A stretch of DNA of 32,000 nt from Candidatus Iainarchaeum sp. (GCA_028710695.1 JAQTTP010000002.1:90001-122000); one strand, 5' to 3'; shown: positions 7,948 through 17,702, numbered from the stretch's first letter. Notes: generated by a model from the sequence alone, not told the origin. Made by a program: numbers and translations.

Positions 7948-9233
7948 CTTGTTTTGTATTTAGTAAATTGCAAAAATATTGCGCTTGCCCAGAAGAAAAT
8001 CTGCGCAGGAGTATAGATTATTGGAGTTAATAATAATATAATAATATGTTTGAAAGTAATCTTCTCCTTACTCTCATAAAATCCAACAATATATGCTACA
8101 ATCCACAAGATAAATGCAATTATTATTATAAAAAATAAAGACGAAAGCACATACATCGGATTTACTTCAAAATACTTCTGTATCGCCACGAAAGGATTCG
8201 GGACTATTTTTAGATATATATACCAGTATATTTTTGTTATAAAAGTACTCAAAAAAGAGTAGAAGTTTGTTATTAAATAATAAATTATTACTGCCAACAT
8301 GCTGATTGTAACACTTACTATTGGTATCATAACTATTGAGAAAAATCCAAACTGTGGATCAAAAGCCATTTTTCTGTATTTTGCAAAGTTTATCAACGAG
8401 CCTCTGTTCCATCTTATTCTCTGCCAAAACAGTTTCTTCCAAGTTGGCATCACTTTTGTGGAAACTCTTGCAGATTTTGAACTAAAGATTTTATATCCCG
8501 CTTGTCTAATTCTAAAAGTAATCTCCATGTCTTCTGTAGGAGTTATGTCTTGGCTGTAGAACCCGCCAATCTTTTTCAACAAATTTTTTCTATATAGACT
8601 CAACGGCCCTTTAGTAACATATATTGATTCTAAGCCACCATAAGCAGTCAATAAAAAGTTAGAAAATATGTATTCAATATGTTGAAACCATTCCACAAGC
8701 TTTTGTGGATTTTTTACAACCATCTTTGTTGTTACTGCGCCAACTGTTTTATCATCAAAATAACCAGTTATATACTTCAGTGAATTTTTTTCAGGGAATG
8801 CATCGGCATCAACACAGCCGACTAGTTCATATTTTGCAATTTGAGTTGCCTCATTTAGACTTTCTGATTTTCCTCTTTGCCCTTTTTTCTTTACAACTCT
8901 TATGAAATTATATCTTTTTGCGAAGTTTGTTGCTAAAGAATAACTCTTATCTGTAGAGTTGTCATCTACTACAATAACTTCAAAATCACCTTTGTGATTA
9001 TTTTTCATTTCTACCAAAGATTTTAAAGTGTCCACAATTGTATTTTCTTCATTCCAAATTGGTACAACTATAGATACGCCATAATTCTTCTTAGACAGGG
9101 GGTCTTTTTTTGTTCTAAATTCAAAATATGCAAAGATATAGAGGATTACAAAGAAGAGCAAAATTCCAATGGAAAAAAGCAAAATATAATCCACGTACAT
9201 TGTAAAATCACTTATGACTATTAAAATAATCAA
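7938..9233 (-). CDS. Membrane glycosyltransferase family 2, processive-type
   Basis: SIVVPIWNEENTI, EVIVVDDNSTDKS, GCVDADAF (DxD), TEDMEITFRIRQAGY, WQRIRWNRG (QxxRW); TM helices at both ends. Confidence 0.88.
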   Translation of the reverse strand: MIILIVISDFTMYVDYILLFSIGILLFFVILYIFAYFEFRTKKDPLSKKNYGVSIVVPIWNEENTIVDTLKSLVEMKNNHKGDFEVIVVDDNSTDKSYSLATNFAKRYNFIRVVKKKGQRGKSESLNEATQIAKYELVGCVDADAFPEKNSLKYITGYFDDKTVGAVTTKMVVKNPQKLVEWFQHIEYIFSNFLLTAYGGLESIYVTKGPLSLYRKNLLKKIGGFYSQDITPTEDMEITFRIRQAGYKIFSSKSARVSTKVMPTWKKLFWQRIRWNRGSLINFAKYRKMAFDPQFGFFSIVMIPIVSVTISMLAVIIYYLITNFYSFLSTFITKIYWYIYLKIVPNPFVAIQKYFEVNPMYVLSSLFFIIIIAFILWIVAYIVGFYESKEKITFKHIIILLLTPIIYTPAQIFFWASAIFLQFTKYKTRWR

Positions 9234-10881
9234 GATACTTATTAAAAAGGAGGTATTTCTCCGAACTATAATTCACATCTGCCCCGTTGTCAAAAACAAC
9301 ATAAGGACTCGAAATAGAGGAAACCACTGCAAAATTATTATTTTTATCAATATAGCTTACTAACCCGGTTGATGTAGAACCAATAGAGAATATGATATCA
9401 TTGTTTTTTTCAAAATTATATCCTTGGGCCACATAAGACAATAACAGATCTTTAAAGTTCAAATGTGATAACAAATCATAATTTTCTTCTTGTTCTAAAT
9501 CGCTTGCAACAAAAATCAGAGGAACATTATAAGAAGAATGATTTTTTTCATTAAAATATCCTTTTTCTCCATGATCTGAAACTATTACAATTAAAGTTTC
9601 ATCAGACTTTCCAATTTCTTTGAGATAATTATAGAAATCATCAAAATAATAATTATAGTATTCTGTTCTACTTTGGTCTTTTAATGCAATATATTTCAAG
9701 GTATGGCCATAAATTAATTCTTGGTAAACAAATTGCTTTTCATTATTATTTGCAAGTTCTTTTAATTGGCCAAATACTGCACGATCTTCGCAAGCTTTTT
9801 CGAACTCTATCAAATGCATACAGATAAGATCTTCATCTGCACCATAATCCTCTTCTTTAAGAGTGATTATGTTTTTAAAATTATATTTAGTTATTTCGAA
9901 TGGCGCACCAACATCGGAAATCAAAAAAGTTGTGTTGTAGTTGTTATCATTGAAATAATCCACAAGATTCTGTTTTTTTATTACTTTTTCAGCATACAAA
10001 GAATACCAATCACTATAAGAATATGATTCATATGGGATCAAAGTAGAAGATAGCATTGTTAACATCGCAGTTCTACTATCCTGGTTGTTTGTATAATAAT
10101 TTTTATAAACTATTGAATTCTCTTTATTTTTTTCAAAAAAGTTTTTCTCCACTGGCACTTTTTTAATATCTTTATAGAACATATAATTAGGTATTTCTTC
10201 CATTACAAAAACAAATATCTTTTTGTATTTCATTTGGGGATCAAAGTTAAAATTAAGATCTTGTGAAAAACTTTTGTCAAATAAATTGAAATCATAATTA
10301 ATATCAATATTCAAGTCCACAAGTTCTTTTCTATCTTCAAAAAGATATCTTATTGTATCAACATAAGGGTTTGCAAAATAATTTCCGAATATGACAGGAT
10401 AAACTATTACGAGCCCAAGAACAACAAAAAAACATATTTTTATTGCTTTCCTTGAAATTATTAATTTGTCCAGCTTTATCAAATAAGCAACTACAAAAAT
10501 CGCCACAAAGATCAGCAAACACAATAAGATTAGTTTATAATTAATTATCTGCTTTGCTACAAAAATCGCAGTATCTAATTTCACAGAAAAAAATGAATAT
10601 GCTTTATTTGATAAATCATTTGCAAAATAAGCATACATGAAACACTGAAGAGTATTATAAAAATACAAAATGTAGAATATTGGCGAGGTCAGTTTTCTAG
10701 AAATCTTTAATGATGCAAACAAAAATAAAAAGAAAATAAAGGCATATACCAACACGTCAAAAACATAAGAAGAAATTATCAAAGAAACATTGCTTGTAGA
10801 AAATATTTTTACGAACAGCAAACAAACTAAAGTCAGAATAATGAGTTTAAGTTTATAGTTATAGAAGTTTAATTTACTCAT
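9208..10881 (-). CDS. Membrane sulfatase/alkaline-phosphatase-fold protein, LTA-synthase- or phosphoethanolamine-transferase-like
   Basis: Several N-terminal TM helices, then KIFVFVMEEIPNYMFY...TNNQDSRTAMLTMLSS...LIVIVSDHGEKGYFNEKNHSSYNVPLIFVASD; the metal-binding SDHG motif of this superfamily. Confidence 0.75.
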   Translation of the reverse strand: MSKLNFYNYKLKLIILTLVCLLFVKIFSTSNVSLIISSYVFDVLVYAFIFFLFLFASLKISRKLTSPIFYILYFYNTLQCFMYAYFANDLSNKAYSFFSVKLDTAIFVAKQIINYKLILLCLLIFVAIFVVAYLIKLDKLIISRKAIKICFFVVLGLVIVYPVIFGNYFANPYVDTIRYLFEDRKELVDLNIDINYDFNLFDKSFSQDLNFNFDPQMKYKKIFVFVMEEIPNYMFYKDIKKVPVEKNFFEKNKENSIVYKNYYTNNQDSRTAMLTMLSSTLIPYESYSYSDWYSLYAEKVIKKQNLVDYFNDNNYNTTFLISDVGAPFEITKYNFKNIITLKEEDYGADEDLICMHLIEFEKACEDRAVFGQLKELANNNEKQFVYQELIYGHTLKYIALKDQSRTEYYNYYFDDFYNYLKEIGKSDETLIVIVSDHGEKGYFNEKNHSSYNVPLIFVASDLEQEENYDLLSHLNFKDLLLSYVAQGYNFEKNNDIIFSIGSTSTGLVSYIDKNNNFAVVSSISSPYVVFDNGADVNYSSEKYLLFNKYLDYFNSHK

Positions 10882-10931
10882 AATTTATAATTAAAATACA
10901 AAAGTTATATATATCTATCAAGAAATCAGAA

Positions 10932-12608
10932 TTACTTATCGTTAAATTCTGTTTTACTTGTTTGGTAGCAAACCAACTGTTCTTGGAGATAATTATTATC
11001 TTTTGTTGTAGAACTTAAAATATTATACTCCCCAACATCTTTTTCTTCAAAAATGCCATTCTCAAAAGCAGTTTTGAACCCAAATGTTTTGCTTGCAGTA
11101 GGCCCAACAAAAAACAATTGTTCTTCAGGATAGTAGTCTAGCCCATATAGGTAGCTAAACAAAACAGTCTTGAAATCCAAATGCGATAATAAATTGTTGT
11201 CTTCGCGATAGGTTAAATCATTTGCAACAAAAATCAATGGAATATTATATCCTGCAGTTTTGGAATAATCTACTTTTTCTCTAAGTCCGTGGTCAGAAAC
11301 TATTGCAATAAGCAAATCTTTATCCAGGCCCTCTGCTTTTATTTTTTTGTAAAACTCTGCAAGATATTTTGAATAATATTCTGTTTTTGACAGCCCGCTT
11401 TCTTTAATATACAAATTACTGTGCCCGTAAATAAATTCTTGCATAATAAAGACTTTTTCTTTTTTCAAATCTTCCAAAAGCCTATCTAATAACACGATAT
11501 CCTCACATCCAATATCATATGGATATGGATTAAAACACATGAATTCTTTTGTCAGGGAATCATAGTTCTCTTTTATATCATTTATTTTTGACCATTTGTA
11601 CTTAGCAAGCTCACAAGGGGCCGCAGTATTAGAGACATAAAAACTAGTATAATAGTTTTCGTCATTAAAATGATCCACCAAATTATACTCTTCCATCATT
11701 GGATGGCCACACAAACTATACTCTTCAGAATAAGTATATGCTTCCGTTGGAATAAATTGAGATGATAATATAGTTACCATTGAAGGAACACTATCTTGGT
11801 TGTTTGTATAATAATTAAAATAATAATTTGAATTACCTTTTGTTATTCCAAAAAAATTCTGATCTTCTGAGACTTTAGAGATATCTTTGTAGAATTCGCC
11901 ATAAACCAGACTTTCCATGACAAAAACCACAATTTTTTTGTATTTGGACTCTTGTATAAGAGCAGGATAATTGTTTTGTTTTAAAAAAGATAGATTTGTA
12001 TCACAATTAAAATCTGTCAAGGTAATTGTTTCTTTTGTTTCGGCCAGGGCATATATTGTATTCACATAAAAATTATCAACATTAGAGACAAATATTATTG
12101 GGGTGCCGACTAATAAAAGTAAGGCCAAGAAAAGCAGAGGCAATACTGCTTTTTTTGGAAGATGAATTTTTATAAAATTAGATAACAAATAAGAAATTAC
12201 AACAGCAAGTACAAGACAAATTATAAAAAAGATCAGATAATGCCAGGGGAATAAAAATGTAAATGAAAACGAAGCATTTCCAGAATCAATTGACAAAAAA
12301 GACAACCCACGCCCAAACATATCATCCATAAAATACGAGGTAAGATATGCAGTAACTGTATGGAACAGATACAAAAAAATAAATACAATTTTACTAAGAA
12401 TAGTTGAAAGCTTATCAATCCCAATATAAATAAAGAAAAGAAGGGCATATATTCCAGAATCAAAAAGCCAAGTTGCCAAAATGTACATTGGCCTTGAACT
12501 ACAAGTTAGTTTCACAGCAAGCAAGCAAATTATTGAAATAAGAATCACAAAGAAAAATACTTTCTTCCAACTCCATTTCAAAAAAAATGACATAAAATCA
12601 CACCACAC
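10932..12608 (-). CDS. Paralogous membrane sulfatase/alkaline-phosphatase-fold protein
   Basis: KIVVFVMESLVYGEFYKDI...TNNQDSVPSMVTILSSQFIPTEAYTYSEEYS...LLIAIVSDHGLREKVDYSKTAGYNIPLIFVANDL; same layout as 9208..10881 and clearly alignable. Confidence 0.75.
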   Translation of the reverse strand: MWCDFMSFFLKWSWKKVFFFVILISIICLLAVKLTCSSRPMYILATWLFDSGIYALLFFIYIGIDKLSTILSKIVFIFLYLFHTVTAYLTSYFMDDMFGRGLSFLSIDSGNASFSFTFLFPWHYLIFFIICLVLAVVISYLLSNFIKIHLPKKAVLPLLFLALLLLVGTPIIFVSNVDNFYVNTIYALAETKETITLTDFNCDTNLSFLKQNNYPALIQESKYKKIVVFVMESLVYGEFYKDISKVSEDQNFFGITKGNSNYYFNYYTNNQDSVPSMVTILSSQFIPTEAYTYSEEYSLCGHPMMEEYNLVDHFNDENYYTSFYVSNTAAPCELAKYKWSKINDIKENYDSLTKEFMCFNPYPYDIGCEDIVLLDRLLEDLKKEKVFIMQEFIYGHSNLYIKESGLSKTEYYSKYLAEFYKKIKAEGLDKDLLIAIVSDHGLREKVDYSKTAGYNIPLIFVANDLTYREDNNLLSHLDFKTVLFSYLYGLDYYPEEQLFFVGPTASKTFGFKTAFENGIFEEKDVGEYNILSSTTKDNNYLQEQLVCYQTSKTEFNDK

Positions 12609-12677
12609 ATTTTATGTTCCTGTTTGATATTTTTGCAATTTTTTCTGAGCATAAATTCAAACTTGACATAAGACCAC

Positions 12678-13562
12678 TCAAACTAGTAAAAATATAATAT
12701 ATGCTAAGGGACAAATAATTATAAAATAGATTATAAATTTCTTCCAACTACCATCAATTAAAGCAACAAAAACACTTGTAATTAAAGATAGCACACCAAT
12801 GTAAACATATATTGCTAATTTTGCAGTTTCCAATAGCACCGCATCAAAAGAAAATACATCTATTGTTGTATCAAAAGAGAAATTGGATACTATGTTCAAC
12901 ACCCATTTCAGCACAAGAGGCACAATTACTGCCGACGATATTAGCAAGGTGTATTTCTGTATTGTAAGCCCAACTTGCTTTTCTTTCTCAACAATTTCAG
13001 TTTCGATCAGATTTTTTGACAATTTTGTAAATAGTTCCGAGACCTCAATTCCCGATTCATAAGATATTTTCAAGTAATTTATTATCTGCCTTAACTTTAC
13101 ATTTTTATTTCTCTTAACAATGTTATCTAAAGCATCTTGAACTGCCGTTCCTTTTGTTATCTGAGAATGGCAGATTTTGAATTCATAAGACAAAACATTA
13201 TTTGAAATTGAATTATCCGAAAAATATTTTATTATTTCTATGATATCTGTTCCTTTTGGAAACAAAGAGGCTTGTATTAAAAGATCTGAAAGCCCAAGAG
13301 TTATTTTTTTCTGTTTATAATCTTCAAGATAGATGAAAAACAAATAAAAGAACAAAAAAGAAAATAAGGCCACAAAAATTATAAGACAAAGTAAAAGAAG
13401 TAAAGAAATTGTGCCAATAATATAAAAAAACAACAAAACACTAAATAAAAAAACAAATAATGTAAAGGAGTATTTTATATAGTCCGAGAGATCCAGAGAA
13501 TTTTTGCTTAGAATAAATTCAAAATCAGATTTTAGCTTTGAAAAATTGAAGTTTATTTGCAT
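12678..13562 (-). CDS. Type II secretion system F (TadB/FlaJ-like) membrane protein
   Basis: GLSDLLIQASLFPKGTDIIEIIKYFSD...LRQIINYLKISYESGIEVSELFTKLSKNLIETEIVEKEKQVGLTIQKYTLLIS: T2SF-like cytoplasmic helical domain flanked by TM helices. Confidence 0.7.
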   Translation of the reverse strand: MQINFNFSKLKSDFEFILSKNSLDLSDYIKYSFTLFVFLFSVLLFFYIIGTISLLLLLCLIIFVALFSFLFFYLFFIYLEDYKQKKITLGLSDLLIQASLFPKGTDIIEIIKYFSDNSISNNVLSYEFKICHSQITKGTAVQDALDNIVKRNKNVKLRQIINYLKISYESGIEVSELFTKLSKNLIETEIVEKEKQVGLTIQKYTLLISSAVIVPLVLKWVLNIVSNFSFDTTIDVFSFDAVLLETAKLAIYVYIGVLSLITSVFVALIDGSWKKFIIYFIIICPLAYIIFLLV

Positions 13563-14335
13563 TATCTGCCCTCCTTAAGATGATAAGGCATTTGATAAAC
13601 TACAAAAGAGATATAGACAATATCAATTAAAGGAAATACAGCAAAGAATAGGATCATTAGCTGAGTCGGAGTAATATTAACTTGAATTATAGTAGATCCC
13701 ACTGTAACAAACATTAGATATAAAGAAGGAAGAATTGCTGTGGCTGCAATAAAAAACAAGGAATACATTACTAATTTACTTGAATACCCTTTTGCTTCAA
13801 GTTTTTGTTTATTTAGTAATTCTTGCGCCAAAGTAGTCAAAATATTATCTTTATACCCAGATTCATAAAGCACCATTATTTGTGATAAAGACCTTTTTAG
13901 AGGGACTGAATTTATTCGTTCAGCAATTTTAAAGAAAGAATCTTGCAAATTACTGCCTTTTAAATAATTAAACAACAACTTTTCAAAAACAATATTTATT
14001 GTTTTGTATTTTCGTGAATTTACTTTTATTGAATCCAGAAAATCAGAGTTCAAAAATAAACTTATATCCAAATCCATTAAAAAATAAGGCAAATCTTTTT
14101 CTAGGTTCCCAATAAAATGTTTTTTCAGCAAGTAAGGCAGCACTAAGCAAAAGGCATAGATACATAAACTAAAGAACGCAGAATAAACAAGAGCATACAC
14201 TGAAAAAAAAGGAAATAAAAACGCAAGGAACACAAAATATCCAATTATTAATGATTTAAACATCAACTTTCTATATTCTTTTTCGCCCTTGTTAAAAAAC
14301 AAACTTACATAAAACAATTCTTTCATTTCATTCAC
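13562..14335 (-). CDS. Type II secretion system F (TadC-like) membrane protein
   Basis: LPYFLMDLDISLFLNSDFLDSIKV...LKRSLSQIMVLYESGYKDNILTTLAQELLNKQKLEAKGYSSKLVMYSLFFIAATAILPSLYLMFV; overlaps both neighbours. Confidence 0.7.
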   Translation of the reverse strand: MNEMKELFYVSLFFNKGEKEYRKLMFKSLIIGYFVFLAFLFPFFSVYALVYSAFFSLCIYAFCLVLPYLLKKHFIGNLEKDLPYFLMDLDISLFLNSDFLDSIKVNSRKYKTINIVFEKLLFNYLKGSNLQDSFFKIAERINSVPLKRSLSQIMVLYESGYKDNILTTLAQELLNKQKLEAKGYSSKLVMYSLFFIAATAILPSLYLMFVTVGSTIIQVNITPTQLMILFFAVFPLIDIVYISFVVYQMPYHLKEGR

Positions 14336-15896
14336 TTAAAATATATGAATTAAACATTTTACTAAACTCGTCTATCTTTAGTTCTTTATCAGCAAGTAAA
14401 AACTCAAGATAATCCCTTAATTCTTTTGCTAGCACAGAATATTTCTTTCCAAACACAAGTTCTATTTTTTCTTTAACTTTTTTGCTTTCATTTACTTGCT
14501 CAAATTCATTTTTCAAAGCATTATATTTAAACAAGATATTTACTTTTGAATTTTCAACTTCTGCAATTTCAAACAACTTTCTTCGTTCTATTTTCTTCCC
14601 GTCTTTTATAGAGGTCCACCTTTTTTGTAGAATAATTAAATCCAATGCATTCAAATCCTGCTCAGTTAGCCCCAAATTCTTAAGCCTAGATATCGTTTCG
14701 TTCACGCTAAGCCCATGAAATGTGGCATAGCTTCCCTTTCCCTGGCCCGCAAGAATAGTATCTAAATAGGCATCAACTTCTTCTTTAGTCCTTATTTCCC
14801 CAACAATCACTCTATCGGGCCGCATTCTTAAAGTTGTTTTTATTAAATCTGTCATATTTATTTTCTGTTCCGCATTAACTTTCAAGCAAACTCTATGGTT
14901 ATGGGGGATGTTTATTTCAGGGGTTTCTTCAGTAATAATTATTCGCTCATCTAAAGGAACAAAAGAAAATAATGAGTTCAGAAGGGTGGTTTTTCCACTC
15001 CCTGTATTTCCTGCAATAAGAACATTAATTTCTGACTGCATGGCCAAGGCAAGAAAAATTGCGAGGTCTAAAGAAATCGTGTTATTTTTTATAAGATCCA
15101 AGGGAGTCAGAGGGTTAAATCTAAATTTTCTTATGGTAATTGAAATTCCAGAATTAACAACCGGCTTAATAATTGCATTAAGCCTTGATCCATCTTTTAA
15201 ACTTGCATTTAAAATTGGGCTAGACAAAGTAATCCTTCTACCAATGTTTCTAGACATTTTATTAACTAGCTCTCGCAAATAGTTTTCATTAGTGAAATAT
15301 AAATTTGAGTCATGCCAGCCTTTGTTGATTACATATACACAGATTTTTTTGTCTTTGCCATAACCATTTATTGCTATTTCCTCAATATCTTTACTATCTA
15401 ATAAATAAGACAAGGGCCCAAAAGAAAATAATTCTTTTCTTATTATTTCCAACAAATATTTTTGCTGGTCATTTTCAAGAATTATATTCTTTAAATTACA
15501 AAACTCCACAAATTGTGTTTCCAACTCTGCTTCTAAGTTCTCCGAAGGGATATCTTCTATACTTTTCAAAAACACAGACATAAGATATTTTTCTGCATCT
15601 GATAGCTTTTTTATTTTTAGAATACAGGATCCGTCAAGATAAAAATTATCAAACTCAGCAGTATCTTTAGATCCCGCCTTTTCAAGTTCCCAGCCCAAAT
15701 CTACTGCAGAATATTCTAAAAGTTCTTTTTCTTCTTGTATTTCAGGGAACTTAAAAGAATTATATTTTTGTAAAACTTTTCGCTTTAAGTTTTTGAAAAT
15801 TAGTTTTGTTTTCTTTATCTTACTTTTTTTTGCCTTTATAATTTCCATTAAAAATAAAAAAGGAAAAAGAGAATCACTTACTTTGTGATAACTCAT
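14328..15896 (-). CDS. Type II/IV secretion ATPase, TadA/CpaF (GspE/VirB11) family
   Basis: Walker A NVLIAGNTGSGKTTLLNSLFSF, Asp box ITEETPEI, Walker B RPDRVIVGEIRTKEEVDAYLDTILAGQGKGSYATFHGLS. The real start may be the ATG at about 15848 (MEIIKAKKSK). Confidence 0.93.
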   Translation of the reverse strand: MSYHKVSDSLFPFLFLMEIIKAKKSKIKKTKLIFKNLKRKVLQKYNSFKFPEIQEEKELLEYSAVDLGWELEKAGSKDTAEFDNFYLDGSCILKIKKLSDAEKYLMSVFLKSIEDIPSENLEAELETQFVEFCNLKNIILENDQQKYLLEIIRKELFSFGPLSYLLDSKDIEEIAINGYGKDKKICVYVINKGWHDSNLYFTNENYLRELVNKMSRNIGRRITLSSPILNASLKDGSRLNAIIKPVVNSGISITIRKFRFNPLTPLDLIKNNTISLDLAIFLALAMQSEINVLIAGNTGSGKTTLLNSLFSFVPLDERIIITEETPEINIPHNHRVCLKVNAEQKINMTDLIKTTLRMRPDRVIVGEIRTKEEVDAYLDTILAGQGKGSYATFHGLSVNETISRLKNLGLTEQDLNALDLIILQKRWTSIKDGKKIERRKLFEIAEVENSKVNILFKYNALKNEFEQVNESKKVKEKIELVFGKKYSVLAKELRDYLEFLLADKELKIDEFSKMFNSYILSE

Positions 15897-17577
15897 AATC
15901 CACTACTTTCTTGAATGCACTATAATCTACATATCCGCCAACTATTGCGTTGCCAACAATAAATGCTGGAGTCCCATTTAACCCCAAATTGGATGCGAAA
16001 TCAGCAATATTTGTCAATTCTAAGTTGTATGTAGTTCCATTGTAACAAGTGTCAAATTTAGTTAAATCTAATCCTACTTGTTGTGCAACATCCTTTACAA
16101 CATTAGCATCATACCCTTCTTCAGTAGTAATAAATATTTTTTCATGGTATTGCCAATACTTGCCTTGCTCCGCAGCACACATTGCTGCCAAAGATGCTAA
16201 ATGAGCTGTTGGGTGTAAATCAGCAATTGGGTGTTGTAGGTAGTAAAAGTTTACCTTTCCAGCATCAATATATTCGTTCTTAAGTTTTCCATAATTGTTT
16301 TTGTTGAATTCTCTACACCAAGGACATTGATAATCTGAAAATTCAATTATTGTTACTTTTGCATCTTTACTTCCTATTGAGTAGTCTTGTGACAAATTCT
16401 TTGCAAAGTCTGCCAAGTCAACTAAATAGTAGTAACCTTGAATTCCAACTGCTGCCATTGTCTGAGTCTTATATAGGCCCAATACGTTGTTATCTGTGTC
16501 TATATAAGGAGCAATATTTTCATAAAATGGACTTTCAGTAATTTGTCCTTCAAATACATATGCAGGAAGCATTTCTATGCCCAAGTCTGAAATAAGTTTT
16601 TTTCCAGCAACACTATCTGCATCAACTATTTCGTCAGTAATTGAATAGTAATAATCAAACACTTCAAAAGGATTTACATTTTGTTGCTCAAAATAGTCCA
16701 AACCAACTTTACCAATTATTTTTACAGTCATTGCTGGCTTTATTGGCTTTCCTAAATTTACATTCTGAACAACTGAATCTATAATGTCTAAAGCAAACTT
16801 CTCGCCGTCATAAACAAACATAGGGTCTAAGCTCATGAAACCATTCAAAGCAATTGTTTGGAACTGTGAGTCAACCATGTTTTTCTTGTCTTCTGATTTA
16901 TAACAAGCATCAAACTTTGTTTTGTCTAAGCCTAATTGAGTAACATAAGAGTTTATTTTTTCGTCAGTATAAATTCCAGGAAGCTGTTGTAGATAGTAGT
17001 ATTTACTAGAATAATATCCAACTGATGTTGCCCCATTGTGATCTTTGTTTGCATTTGTTAATAATAAATCGATCATTTCTTTTTCTTTTCCTTGATCTTT
17101 AGCACATAATTCTGCTATTTTTGCATTCTTTCCTTCTTTAAAATCAAATCCGCCCAAACTCTTTGAGCTTTCTATTCCACCATATAGTTCAAACTTTATA
17201 TCCACACCAGGATATTTTGCAACTAATGACTTATAATTCAAATCATAAAATGCTGCTGTGCTTGGAGACAGATAATCCCCATATAAAGTAAATATTACCT
17301 TATCTGAAACTATTTCTGTATTATTATCATCAGTTGGTTTTACTTCTTTATTTCCAAAAGCAAAAGCCAAACCAATTACTACAATTATTACTATTATTAA
17401 TCCAAGTATAAAGTATTGATTTGTAAAAATTTGTTTTAATTTGCTGCAATCACAGCTTTTACAACATTTTTTTGGTTCTTCAACAGTTTCTGCTGTTTTT
17501 GTATCTATTTTTTTTACGGGTTTTTCAGTCTTTTTTTCCACTTTCTTTACAACTTTACTTTTCTTCTTAACTACCAT
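15874..17577 (-). CDS. Membrane-anchored DsbA-like thiol oxidoreductase with duplicated thioredoxin-fold domains
   Basis: Lys-rich N-terminus, TM (YFILGLIIVIIVVIGLAFAF), C-terminal VTIIEFSDYQCPWCREFNKNNYGKL...LGLNGTPAFIVGNAIVGGY; N-terminal half repeats the layout without a CxxC. Shine-Dalgarno AGGTGAT 3 nt from ATG. Confidence 0.88.
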   Translation of the reverse strand: MVVKKKSKVVKKVEKKTEKPVKKIDTKTAETVEEPKKCCKSCDCSKLKQIFTNQYFILGLIIVIIVVIGLAFAFGNKEVKPTDDNNTEIVSDKVIFTLYGDYLSPSTAAFYDLNYKSLVAKYPGVDIKFELYGGIESSKSLGGFDFKEGKNAKIAELCAKDQGKEKEMIDLLLTNANKDHNGATSVGYYSSKYYYLQQLPGIYTDEKINSYVTQLGLDKTKFDACYKSEDKKNMVDSQFQTIALNGFMSLDPMFVYDGEKFALDIIDSVVQNVNLGKPIKPAMTVKIIGKVGLDYFEQQNVNPFEVFDYYYSITDEIVDADSVAGKKLISDLGIEMLPAYVFEGQITESPFYENIAPYIDTDNNVLGLYKTQTMAAVGIQGYYYLVDLADFAKNLSQDYSIGSKDAKVTIIEFSDYQCPWCREFNKNNYGKLKNEYIDAGKVNFYYLQHPIADLHPTAHLASLAAMCAAEQGKYWQYHEKIFITTEEGYDANVVKDVAQQVGLDLTKFDTCYNGTTYNLELTNIADFASNLGLNGTPAFIVGNAIVGGYVDYSAFKKVVDYELSQSK

Positions 17578-17599
17578 AGAATCACCTTAGAATTAGTGT

Positions 17600-17630
17600 A
17601 TTTTATATAATAAAGAATAAATAATATAAA
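17600..17630 (-). promoter_or_regulatory. Likely TATA region for the DsbA-like gene
   Basis: Minus strand ACTTTATATTATTATTCTTTATTATATAAAATAC upstream of the ATG at 17577. Confidence 0.35.
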
Positions 17631-17660
17631 GTATTTGGTAAAAATGCAATGGGAAACCAG

Positions 17661-17675
17661 GCGTAAAATATATAA
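17661..17675 (+). promoter_or_regulatory. Upstream TATA-like element of a tandem pair before TFB
   Basis: GCGTAAAATATATAAACCC. Confidence 0.35.
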
Positions 17676-17702
17676 ACCCACGCAAGTAGGTTTAAAAACC
17701 CG

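Noticed and set aside
8299-16541. Antisense plus-strand ORFs (8299, 8705, 9766, 14482, 14908, 15371, 16350) and minus-strand 12233..12463
   Set aside because: The plus-strand ones are shadows of confident minus-strand genes; 12233..12463 is an alternative frame inside 10932..12608.
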